Position numbers and translations under genes: made by a program. Positions 47,501 through 59,900 of a stretch of 64,000 bases of DNA are shown here, piece after piece. The notes under the pieces were generated by a model. The model ran no database searches, had not been told where the DNA came from, and saw only the letters and a list, made by a program, of their open reading frames with translations. The stretch spans positions 2,668,001-2,732,000 of the forward strand of contig CM075993.1 in NCBI GenBank assembly GCA_038087875.1, in the 5' to 3' direction. Positions within the stretch are counted from its first letter, which is position 1. The number at the start of each line of letters is the position of its first letter. The DNA comes from Malacoraja senta. Its lineage: Eukaryota.

Positions 47501-50500
47501 ATCATAGAGTCATAGAGTGATACAGCGTGGAAACAGGCCCTTCGGCCCAACTTACCCACACCGGCCAACATGCCCCAGCTACACTAGTCCCACCTGCCCA
47601 CGTTTGGTCCCTATCCCTCCAAACCTGTCCCATCCATGTACCTGTCTAACTGTTTCTTAAACGTTGGGATAGTCCCGGCCTCAACTACCTCCTCTGGCAG
47701 CTTGTTCCATACTTCCACCACCCTTTGTGTGAAAAATTGAACATTTTGAACCTTTTCCCCTTCACCTTGAACCTTGATGTCATATCACTCGTACCAGATG
47801 CAACTAAATTTAAGGTAGCTCTTTCTTCCCAAAAACCCTTTCTGGCTTAAGTCCTCCCTCCACCACCTCCAGTTTAAATTCCATTTGGAATATTTTGGAG
47901 GACCAAGAAACCTAGAAGAACAAGAACAAGAACCACTCCACTTACGCTTACAACAATTCAGTGTTTCAATGGTGTTTCTTTTTGTCACATGTGCAACAGC
48001 ACGGTGACATTCTTTGTGCATGCGGTTTTTGGCGCTGTTATTCGAAGTACGTTCCATGAGTATGACTCTGTTGACTAACTGGTGAACGAGCGCTAGGGAG
48101 GGAGGGAGGGGCAGGGAGGGAGAGATGCGCGACTGGGCAACTGCACCAAACTGTAACCGAGCTTTTCATCTTTATTTCCAAGGATAATCTCAAGCAACAG
48201 ATCCCATATCGTGAAGCTGCCCCTCAGCAGAGTAAGTGGTTTCATTCCGTTGAATTAACCGGCGTGCGTTTGGGTACCATTCAGCTGTGGCTTTGCATTG
48301 TTAAAGCCCCTGTCCCACTGTACGAGGTAATTCAAGAGTTCTCCCGAGTTTTCCCCTGACTCGAACTCGGAGAATGTTCGCAGGAGTTCGTGGATTCAAA
48401 CTCGGAGAATGTCCGTAGCGGGTCCGTAGGAGTTCGTGGATGTCCCGTAACGGCTCGTACGAGTAACGGTAGGTACTCGGGAAATCCGGTAAACTCGTGA
48501 CGTTTTTTCAACACTGAAAAATGTCCACGAGTAAAAAAATACTCGTGATGACATTTTTAAAAACTTTTTACTCGTACGAGCCGCTACGAGACATCCACGA
48601 ACTCCTACGGACCCGCTATGGACATTCTCCGAGTTTGAATCGGGGGAAACACGGGAGAACTCTTGAATTACCTCGTACAGTGGGACAGGGGCTTAAATGA
48701 GAGAGTGAAATCATTCTGCATGAAATCACGATATAATGCGCGTGGTGGAATGATGAAATATAAGGAGGTGCAGTGGCGTAGCAGGCAAAGCTGCCTGGTT
48801 GATCCAGGTTCTAGCCTGATCTTCGGTGCTGTCTGAGTGGAGTTTGCATGTTCTTCCTGAGACCCTTTGGTTTCCCACCAGATGTACCTGTTTCATCCCA
48901 CATCCCAAAATACATCTCGGAAATATGTTGTTGTTTTGCCATTTGTCACTGAGTCTAGGAACTCTGGAACTTTATTTCAGTTTCAAATGTTCAACACTAT
49001 TTTGGCCCCAGAGCTTTGGACTTCTCAATGAATTCTAGCGAGCCAACGGCCATTAGCACCTTGGGAATTCATTCTTCATAGAGCATTACACAAACCAACC
49101 TGCCTTCCATTGACTCCATCTACACCTCACACTGCCTCAGCAAGGCCAGCAGCATAATCAAAGGCCAGTCTCACCCCGGTCACTCCCTCCTCTCCCCTCT
49201 CCCATCAGGCAAGAGGTACAGAAGTGTGAAAACGCACACCTCCAGATTCAGGGACAGTTTCTTCCCAGCTGCTATCAGGGAACTGAACCATCTCACCAAC
49301 TAGAGAGCGGTCCTGAACCCCATTGGAGACCCTTGTACTATCTTTAATCGACCTTTACTGGACTTTATCTTGCACTAAACATTATTCCCATTATTTCTCT
49401 TATCATGTATCTGTACACTGTGGACGTCTCGATTGTAATCATGTATTGTCTTTCCGCTGACTAGTTAGCACGCAACAAACGTTTTTCACTGTAGCTCGGT
49501 ACATGTGGCAATAAACTAAATTCAAACTGAAAACCTGACCTCCTTTCATCTAAGCCAGTGGTTCTTAACCTTTTTGGCACCAGTACACGCATACTGTATG
49601 TGGTATGTACCTTTGGTTAGATTCCTAAGCATGGGCTCAACAAATTGATATGTTATTTGTGTCCCCTTCATGACCCACGTCAAAGCCGCAAACGACCCCT
49701 TCACGACCCCTAGGATAAGAACCACTGATCTAAGCAGAGGATTATTTTATGTAAAGTTATAGTCATACAGCATGGACACAGGCCCTGTGGCCCTACTTGT
49801 CCTTGCCGCTCCTCTTCACTATTCCCACCCGCCCACATTTATCCCATTTTCCCCCAACCTGTTCTTCAAGGAGTCATCTTGAAGGGCAATTAAGGATGAC
49901 CAATAGAGATTGCCGTGATTTTTAGTTTAGTTTAGTTTAGAGAAACAGGGCGGAAACAGGCCTTCGACCCAACAGGTCCACGCTGACCAGCGATCCCCGC
50001 ACATTAACACCACACTATACACACCAAGGACAATTTTACATTTACACCAAGCCAATTAACCTACAAACCTATACGTCTTTGCAGTGTGGGAGGAAACCAA
50101 AAACCTCGGAGAAAACCCACAAAGTCACGGGGAGAACGCACAAACTCTGTATGGACAGCACCCGCAGTCGGGATCGAGCCCGGGTCTCTGGCGCTGTGAG
50201 GCAGCAACTCTACCGCTGCGCCACCATGCTGCTCATTACAATGTGATGTAAATGAATATTAAAAGGGGTGCTTCAGTGGCAGGTTATTGTGGAATGTTTG
50301 GCTGTAGTTGGGGAGGGGCTAGGGAGGGTCCAAGCTGCCATGACTTTGTGAACCTGCCATGTCTTTTGTCTTCACAGCAGTTGAAATTCATGCACACATC
50401 TCATCAGTTTCTCCTGCTGAGCAGCCCGCCCGCCAAGGAAGCTCGGTTCCGCACCGCCAAGAAACTCTACGGCAGCACTTTCGCCTTTCAGTAAGTCATC

Positions 50501-53197
50501 GATCTCTGCCGTACAGTCATAGTCAAAGAGTAATACAGTGTGGAAAACAGGCCCTTTGGCCCAACGCCCACACCGGCCAACAATGTTCCATGTGCCTGCG
50601 TTTGGTCCATAACCCTCCAAACCTGTCCTATCCATGTACCTGTCCAACTGTTTCTTAAGCAATGGAATAGTCCCAGCCTCAACTACCTCCTCTGGCAGCT
50701 TGTTCCATACACCCACCACCCTCTGGGTGAAAAGGTTACTTCGGATTCCTATTACATCTTTTCCCCTTCACCTTGAACCTATGTCCTCTGGTCCTCGATT
50801 CACCTACTCTAGGCAAGAGACTCTGTGCATCTACCCAATCTATTCCTCTTGTGATTTTGTACACCTCTGTAAGATCACCCCTCATCTTCCTGCACTCCAT
50901 GGAATAGAGACCCAGCTTACTCAACCTCGCCCTATAGCTCACACCCTCTAGCCCTGGCAACATCCTCATCAATCTTTTCTGAACCCTTTCAAGCTTGACA
51001 ATATCTTTCCTATAACATGGTGCCCAGAACTGAACACAATATTCTAAATGCTGGAGAAACTCAGCGGGTTTCTCCAGCATTTTTGTGTACCTTCGATTTT
51101 CCAGCATCTGCAGTTCCTTCTTTAACACAATATTCTAAATATTGTCTTGTCACCACTGCACTGCACTGCACTGCACTTGGTGATTCCAAAGGAGGGAGGG
51201 GGGGGAGCGTGTGGGGGTGGAGGCTGGGGGGGGGGGGGGTGCAGTTGGGGGGGGGGTGTGAGGGGAGGTGGGAGGCAAATAAGGATTATGGAGAAGAAAT
51301 GAGGAAAGTGCAATTATGATGCAAATCAGATTGTTCGTGATATAATGTTGGAAGGAAGTGTAGATGCTGGTTTACACCGAAGATAGACACAAAAAGCTGG
51401 AGTAACTCAGCGGGACAGGCAGCACCTCTGGAGAGAAGGAATGGGTGACGTTTCGGGTCGAGACCCTTCTTCAGACTGTGGTGGGCTAAAGAGCCTGATT
51501 CCATGCTGTATCTTTCAATCCATTTTTCTCAATTAGGACTATGTTGCAGACTGCAAGGGTATTCCTAAATGATCCTTTGTCTCCAGTAATTTGAAACTAC
51601 TGATTATAATTTTGTTATAAATCTGTAGACATTGTAAACTCCAGTGGCACCTTACAAAAGCAGATGTATCTCTACACTCTTGGGAGATGAATGATGATCC
51701 CCTAGATGACATTTTATGTTTCGTTGTCTCCTTCCCCGAGTTAACAATTCTACATTTTCCTTGAACTTCATCTCCATTGATGTCTCGTTTTCACACCACA
51801 CCCTTCCATATCTCTGTGTCTCCCTCTCCCCGGACTCTCAGTCTGAAGAAGGGTCTCGACCCGCAACGTCACCCATTCCTTCCCTCCGGAGACGCTGCCT
51901 GTCCCGCTGAGTTACTCCAGCATTTTGTGTCCATCTTCGATTAATGATATTCCTTTCTCATACTCTCTAATAATATTCTCTGCTAACATTTGTCTGAATC
52001 TTCCCTCTCTCTCAGCGGCTCACACATTGAGAACTGGCATTCGATTCTGAGGAATGGCTTGGTCAACGCATCTTACACTAAATTACAAGTAGGTATTCCA
52101 TTAAGAATGGTACCACTCGCAACGTCAATCTCTGGGCAAATGCGTCAAGAATATCATGGATCGCTTTCTCAGTGTGTTTCACAGTTTCCTGCCTGATAAG
52201 GAAAATGGGGTTGAAAAGGATGGTGCAGTTGCCAAAGAAATTCACCAAGGCAACCCGAAGAGATAGACTTTGGTTGTTTTCGGAGAAACGGTAGTGTAAG
52301 GAGGGAAGATAGACACAAAATGCTGGAGTAACTCAGCGGGACGGGCAGCATCTCTGGAGAGAAGGAATGGGTGACGTTTCGGTTCGAGACCCTTCTTCAG
52401 ACTGAGAGTCAGGGGAGAGGGAAACTAGAGATATGGAAGGGTACAAAAAAACACAAGGTGTGAAAAGGACAGATCAAAGCAGACGATGATCAAGGAAATA
52501 TGCAAGAGAGTATTGTTGGCTGAGGGGAAGGTGACAACGGGGCATACAAACAGTAAACTTAATCAGGAGGACAGTGAAACTCAGATGGGGGAGGGATGGA
52601 GAGAGAGGGAAAGCAAGTTAAAGAAATCAATATTCATATCGCTGAGTTGTAAGCTGCCTCATAGCCACAGAGACCCAGGTTTGATCCCGACCTCGGGTGC
52701 TGCCTGCATGGAGTTTGCACATTCTCCCTGTGACCTCGTGGGTTTCCTCTGGGTGCTCCGGTTTACTCCCACATCCCAAAGGTTTGTGGGTTGATTGGCC
52801 CTGATTAAATTGCCTCTTGCGTGTGGCCGGGTGGTAGAATCTGGGCAGAGTTGATAAAGAATACGGAGAGGATAAAGTTGGATTGGTTTAATGAAGGATT
52901 AAACCCATCTGTCCGTGCGGAGTTTGTACGTTCTCCCCGTGACTTGCCCGGGTTTTCTCCGGGTGCTCCTGTTTCCTCCCACACTCCAAAGGCGTAGAGG
53001 TTTGTAGGTGAATTGGCTTGGTATAATTGTAAAAATTGTCCCAAGTATGTGTAGGATTGTGTTAGTGTGCGGGGATCGGTTGTCTGTGCGAACTCGGTGG
53101 GCCGAAGGGCCTGTTTCCATGCCGTATCTCTAAACTAAACCTGATTAGTGTCAATGAATGCTTGACGGTCCATGTGGACTTGGGCCTGTTTCCTTGC

Positions 53198-53265
<68 letters not shown>

Positions 53266-56200
53266 ACTTTCTCCTCACATCTCCATGTGGGATTTTTAGC
53301 CAATGCAACTTTGGTACATGGTCTCCATGTAAATATTGTGATGTATTGAAGCCTTTGGTTACAGTTGAAGTATTTGCTCACCTGTAGTCGTAACGATCAC
53401 ACTGCTGTCTCTTACAAGCTGCACGGTGCAGCCTATGGCAAAGGCATCTATCTCAGCCCGATCTCCAGCATTTCATTCGGTTACTCAGGTAAGTGATCTT
53501 TCTGTTTGCCCTCGCTCCGGCCACGGCAGTTAGTTTAGTTTATTGTCACCTGTACCGAGGTACAGTGAAAAAACGTTGTTGTTGCGTGCTAACTAGTCTG
53601 CAGAGAGACTATACATGATTATAATCGAGCCATCCGCAGTGTACAAGATACATCTTAAAGGGAATAACGTGAATAGTGTTTAGTGCAAGGGAAAGTCCAA
53701 TTAAAGATACTCCAATGAGGTAGATAGTTCAGGACTGCTCTTTTGTTGGTAGTGGGGTGGTTCAGTTGCCTGATAACAGCTGGGAAGAAACTGTCTATGA
53801 ATCCAGCAAGTAGACAAAAAATGCTGGAGAAACTCAGCGGGTGAGAAAGGGAGAATCCCTTTCTCCATAGATGCTGCCTCACCCGCTGAGTTTCTCCAGC
53901 ATTTTTTGTCTACTTTCGATTTTTCCAGCCTCTGCAGTTCCTTCTGAAACATGAATCTAGCAATGTGTGTTTTCACACTTCTGCCCCCTTTTGCCTGATT
54001 GGAGAGGGGAGAGGGGAGAGGGGGAAGTCTTTGATTTTGCTGAGGCATCATCAGTGTAAATGGAGTGAATGGATCGTAGGTTGGTTTGCGTGATGGTCTG
54101 GGCTGCGTCCGCAATTTCTTGCGGTCTTGGATGGAGCTGTTCCCAAACCGTGCTGTGATGCAAGTTCATGGAGTCATCTACTTCCACCTACTGAGAAGTG
54201 CATGGTCTTTTCTGAAGCAAACTATCGAGGAGTGGATTTAGCCCACTCACCCACAGTCACACTGCATGGAAACAGGCCCTTAATAAAAATGTAAATAGTA
54301 GCCTGATTTTTGTTCAAATGGGAATACCCGTTATTGGTTTCATTAATAATATTACATTAAAATATTATTATTAATACAGTATTACTAATACTGTAATATC
54401 TCTATTACAAAGGCTAATATTTTTTAAATTGAAAGGAATTCAGTTGGAATTTGTTTAGTTTATTGTTACATGTGCCGAGGTGCTGTGAAAAACATTTTGT
54501 TGCGTGCTAACTCGTCAACGGAAAGAATTTATTTCATCAGAGGGTGGTGAATCTGTGGAATTCTTGGCCGCAGAAGGCTGTGGAGGCCAAGTCAATGGAT
54601 CTTTTTAAGGCAGAGATAGATAGATTCTTGTTTAGTACAGGTGTCAGAGGTTATGGGGTGAAGGCAGGAGAATGTAGATAGGGTGGTAAAGAAAGCTTTT
54701 GGGGTGCTGGCCTTTATAAATCAGAGCATTGAATATAGAAGTTGGGATGTAATGTTGAAATTGTACAAGGCATTGGTGAGGCCAATTCTGGAGTATGGAG
54801 TACAATTTTGGTCGCCTAATTATAGGAAGGATGTCAACAAAATAGAGAGAGTACAGAGGAGATTTACTAGAATGTTGCCTGGGTTTCAGCAACTAAGTTA
54901 CAGAGAAAGGTTGAACAAGTTAGGTCTTTATTCTTTGGAGCGCAGAAGGTTAAGAGGGGACTTGATAGAGGTCTTTAAAATTATGAGCGGGTTAGACAGA
55001 GTGGACGTGGATAAGCTTTTCCCATTGAGAGTAGGGAAGATTCAAACAAGGGGACATGACTTGAGAATTAAGGGACAGAAGTTTAGGGGTAACATTAGGG
55101 GGAACTTCTTTACTCAGAGAGTGGTAGCTGTGTGGAATGAGTGGTGGAGGCTGGTTCGATTTTATCCTTTAAAAATAGATTGGATGGGTATATGGACGGG
55201 AAAGGAATGGAGGGTTATGGTCTGAGTGCAGGTAGATGGGACTAGGGGGAAGTATTTATTTTAAAAATAAAAACATTTAAAAAAAGAGTTGGGCACGGAC
55301 TTGAAGGGCCGAGATGCCCTGTTTCCGTGCTGTAATGGTTATACTATACGTTGTTACTGTTGAGCTGTCCACACAGGATGTTGGTGTGTGGCTTAATGAA
55401 ACATGCCTAACTTGATCTATTCAGTCAGAAGGCAACCTGTCAACCTCCACCCATGAATTTCTTGTAATGTCTAGAAGTAATATGTAGGAAGGAACTGCAG
55501 ATGCTGGTTTAAACCGAAGAAAGACACCAAATGCTGGAGTGACTCAGCTGGGACAGGCAGCATCACTGGAGAGAAGGAATGGGTGACGTTTCGGGTCGAG
55601 ACCCTTCTTCAGTCTCAGGGGAGAGGGAAACTGGAGATATGGAAGGATATATAAAAGGGTACACATTAAGGGTATATTAGAAAAAAAAAGCAATAATGCT
55701 GGAAATACTCAGCAGGGCAGGTGGTATCTACGGAGAGAGAACCTTTCAACAGGAAAGAAATAAAACAAGTTAGTTTTTGAATAACGAGACAAAGCCTGAG
55801 ACCCTTTTTCAGTCTCTACCCGAAACGTCACCCATTCCTTCTCTCCAGAGATGCTGCCTGCCTGTCCCGCTGAGCTACTCCAGGATTTGGTGTACATGTA
55901 ATAAATAGCTGGCCACGGTGTCGATTGTGAGATGGAAGACTAAAGGAGCGTTTGCTTTTTGCAGGGATGGGCAAAGGGCAACACCGCATGCCATCCAAGG
56001 ACGAGTTGGTTCTCCGCTACAACAGGATGAACACGATTCCCCAGGTATTAGTAGCCCACTTCCTTCCCACCCTCTGTGTCTGCTTGCCGCCTCTGTCACC
56101 CTTTGTATCGAAATTGAATTGAATGATTTATTGTCAAATGCGACACTGCGCTGTGAAATTATTTGCCTGCATGCCCAAGGTATGCAACTAGTCGCTACAT

Positions 56201-56900
56201 AAAGGGCGCGTACAATGGTACAAACACCCCCCCCCCCCCACCCCCCCATGCTGGGTCCCCATTGTGCTTGTAATCTACTAGATTGGCACCTTGTCGTGGT
56301 GGAGAAGCTTGTGTGGTCCTGAGATCCTGAGAGCGATGCCGTCTGGAGCCATGCTCCTGGTAGGGCCACCCATGGCGGTAAGGTCAAGGGGGAGGTCTGG
56401 TCTCTGACAAAGAGCAATCCAACCAAGACCTCAACGGTGGAACAGGCAGAGGATGATGGCTGACCTTAGTGGAGCGTCACAACGGCTGGGAAGGCGGATG
56501 AAGGCTGCAGCAGAAAATGGTCTCCGGTCGTCTTGGACTCCATGCCACTGGATCCTAACCCAGATCTGGCAAGGACCGTGGGGTGGCTGTCTGTGCACCA
56601 GTCTCCCCACGTTAAACAAAGTCACGCACAGGCGTCCTCCATGAGAGGACAGTCACACTCGTCTTGAGTGACCGCCGATGATGATGTAATTTACTGCTAT
56701 AATTGAAAGAATGTAAGGTGTGTGTGTGAGAGTGTGTATGTGAGCGTGAGTGTGTCTGTGTGTGTGTGAGTGTGTGTGTGTCTGTGTGTGAGTGAGTGAG
56801 TGAGTGAGTGAGTGAGTGAGTGAGTGTGTGTGTGTGTGTGTGTGTGATGTGTGTCTGTGTGTGTGTGTGTGTGTGTCTGTGTGAGTGAGTGAGTGAGTGA

Positions 56901-56939
<39 letters not shown>

Positions 56940-59900
56940 TGTGTGTGTGTGCGTGTGTGTGTGTGTATGTGTGTCTGTGTGTGTGTGAGTGTGTGTCTGC
57001 GTGAGTGTGTCTGTGTGTGTGAGTGTGTGTGTGTGTGTCTGCGTGAGTGTGTCTGCGTGTGTGTGTGTGTCGTGTGTGTGTGTCTGTGTGTGTGTGAGTG
57101 TGTGTCTGTGTGTGTGTGTCTGTGTGTGAGTGAGTGAGTGAGTGAGTGAGTGAGTGTGTGTGTGTCTGCGTGAGTGTGTCTGTGTGTGTGTGTGCGTGTG
57201 TGTGTGTGTATGTGTGTCTGTGTGTGTGTGAGTGTGTGTCTGCGTGAGTGTGTCTGTGTGTGTGAGTGTGTGTGTCTGCGTGAGTGTGTCTGTGTGTGTC
57301 TGCGTGAGTATGTCTGTGTGTGAGTGTGTGTGTGTGTCTGTGTGTGTCTGCGTGAGTGTGTCTGTGTGTGTCTGCGTGAGTATGTCTGTGTGTGAGTGTG
57401 TGTGTGTGTCTGTGTGTGTCTGCGTGAGTGTGTCTGTGTGTGTGAGTGTGTGTGTGTGTGTCTGCGTGAGTGTGTCTGTGTGTGTGAGTGTGTGTGTGTG
57501 TCTGCGTGAGTGTGTCTGTGTGTGTGTGTGTCTGCGTGAGTGTGTCTGCGTGTGTGTGTGTGTCGTGTGTGTGTGTGTGTGTGTGTCTGCGTGTGTGTGT
57601 GTGTCGTGTGTGTGTGTCTGTGTGTGTGTGTGTCTGTGTGTGTGTGTGTGTCTGTGTGTGTGTGTGTGTGTCTGTGTGTGTGTGTCGTGTGTGTGTGTCT
57701 GTGTGTGTGTGTGTCTGCGTGAGTGTGTCTGCGTGTGTGTGTGTGTCGTGTGTGAGTGTGTCTGCGTGTGTGTGTGTGTCGTGTGTGTGTGTGTCTGCGT
57801 GTGTGTGTGTGTCGTGTGTGTGTGTCTGCGTGTGAGTGTGTCTGTGTGTGTGTGTGTCTGCGTGAGTGTGTCTGTGTGTGTGTGTGTCTGCGTGAGTGTG
57901 TCTGCGTGTGTGTGTGTGTTGTGTGTGTGTGTCTGTGTGTGTGAGAGGGAGAGAGACATCCTCTAGCTTTATTGTTAATGTGTGTGGAAGTGTGTGTACA
58001 TATATATATAAAAGGGTGTGTGCTTGCGCATGTGTGTGCATGTATGGTTGTGTGTGCATTCATGCACATGTACGTACAATTACACAGAGTGAAGTTGTGA
58101 CCTATCTTAGCTACAAATTTCCATCAAAAATCTATTTATTCTTTATCACATAAAATATACATGTGCACTGAAACAGAAAATGAGCTCCGTCGGTTCTTGG
58201 CCTCCTGGGCGGTATAATTCACCCATATCTTCTGCTTTCAGAAGACTAATATCCATGTTTTTTCTTCTACAGACAAGACCCATTCAATCCAGATTCTTAC
58301 AGAGTCGAAACTTGAATTGTATAGCACTTTGTGAAGGTAGGAATCTCCTTTGCTCCTTTCCACAGCTCAGAGAGGATTGCCAGCGCTATTTTTTATATTT
58401 GTTAAGTAACCTTTACTCGCCTATTTATTCACCAAGCATGGATACTGTGAACAAGGTATCTAGTTAACACGGAATCAAGGGATATGGGGTGAAAGCAGGA
58501 ACGGGGTACTGATTCCGGATGTTCAAGAAGGAACTGCAGATGCTGGAAAATCGAAGGTAGATAAAAATGCTGGAGAAACTCAGCGGGTGAGGCAGCATCT
58601 ATGGAGCGAAGGAAATAGGCAACGTTTCGGCCCGAAACGTTGCCTATTTCCTTCGCTCCATAGATGTTGCCTCACCCGCTGAGTTTCTCCAGCATTTTTG
58701 TCTACCTACTGATTCTAGATGATCAGCCATGATCATATCGAATGGCTCGAAGGGCCGAATGGCCTACTCCTGCACCTATTTTCTATGTTTCTATGATTTA
58801 TTTTATTAATCTGGTCTGGATTACTAGGATTCAATCTTCATAACTTCATTAGGTCATAGGAGCAGAATTGGGTCATTCAACCCATCAGGTCTACTCCACC
58901 ATTCAATCATGGCTGATCTATCTCTCCCTCCTAACCCCATTCTCCTGCCTTCTCCCCATAACCCCTGACGCCCGTATTAATCAAGAATCTGTCAACCTCT
59001 GCCTTGGAAATATCCGTTGACTTGGCCTCCACAAATCTGCGGAGCAGGTTTATTCTGGAAACCTGTAGTTTTTGATTTGAGGATTGGCTTTTATTTCTTT
59101 CAGTGGTTTCCAGCAGGGTGGTGCCCCAATCCTTCCCTCTCCTGCAAGTGCTCCCTCTGTTCCCTCCCCTCCAAACCTGGCTAACTGTTTCTTAAACGTT
59201 GGGATAGTCCCAGCCTCAACCACCTCATCTAGCAGCTTGTTCCATATAAAGGTATTTGGTGAACTGACTTCACCAAATACCTTTATGCCAAACTCTGTAA
59301 TTTTACGCCAACCCAACCATTTTAATACTGGTCCACCACTGATCTTTTGGCGACTGGTGATCTGCCCCCCCCCCCCCCCCACTTTAATCCGGACAACCCC
59401 CCCCCCCACCACCGGAAGTTCCACTGAAAATGTGGCACCGATCGGCGCGGAAATCTCGATGAGGTCGAGATCGGGTGAGGCGGTCGATCTCAACCTCATC
59501 GAGATTTCCGCGCCGATCGTTGGGTCGAATTTGCCCCCCCCCCTGCGGACGGGTGTCTGGAACTCTGGCCCGGCTGAAGCCGGCAGATCCGTCCCCACGG
59601 CCGACTTTGGTTGTCGGTATCTCGGACCCTAAGACCGTGACCTCTGTTGTTCCGGCAAAACGGAGAATCCAGAAAGGCTCTGGAACCAAGGGGAACAGAA
59701 AATTGGTGGTGGACCTGTAGCAATACAGACGAGTACAAACCAAAATGGTTGGTCAATGAGAATCATCTGGCTGTAAAACTCCCAGTGACGTCGATGCAAG
59801 ATCAACAGTTACAAATTGTTGATGAAATCTTGTCGTTTCAACTTCTCTCTCTTTTGTAATGTTATTTTTCGTAGTTATAACTTCAAAAGACCTCCAGAAA

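Noticed and set aside
56612..58153. Long His/Thr-rich and Cys/Val-rich ORFs (up to 485 aa)
   Set aside because: Translations of the (TG)n microsatellite.
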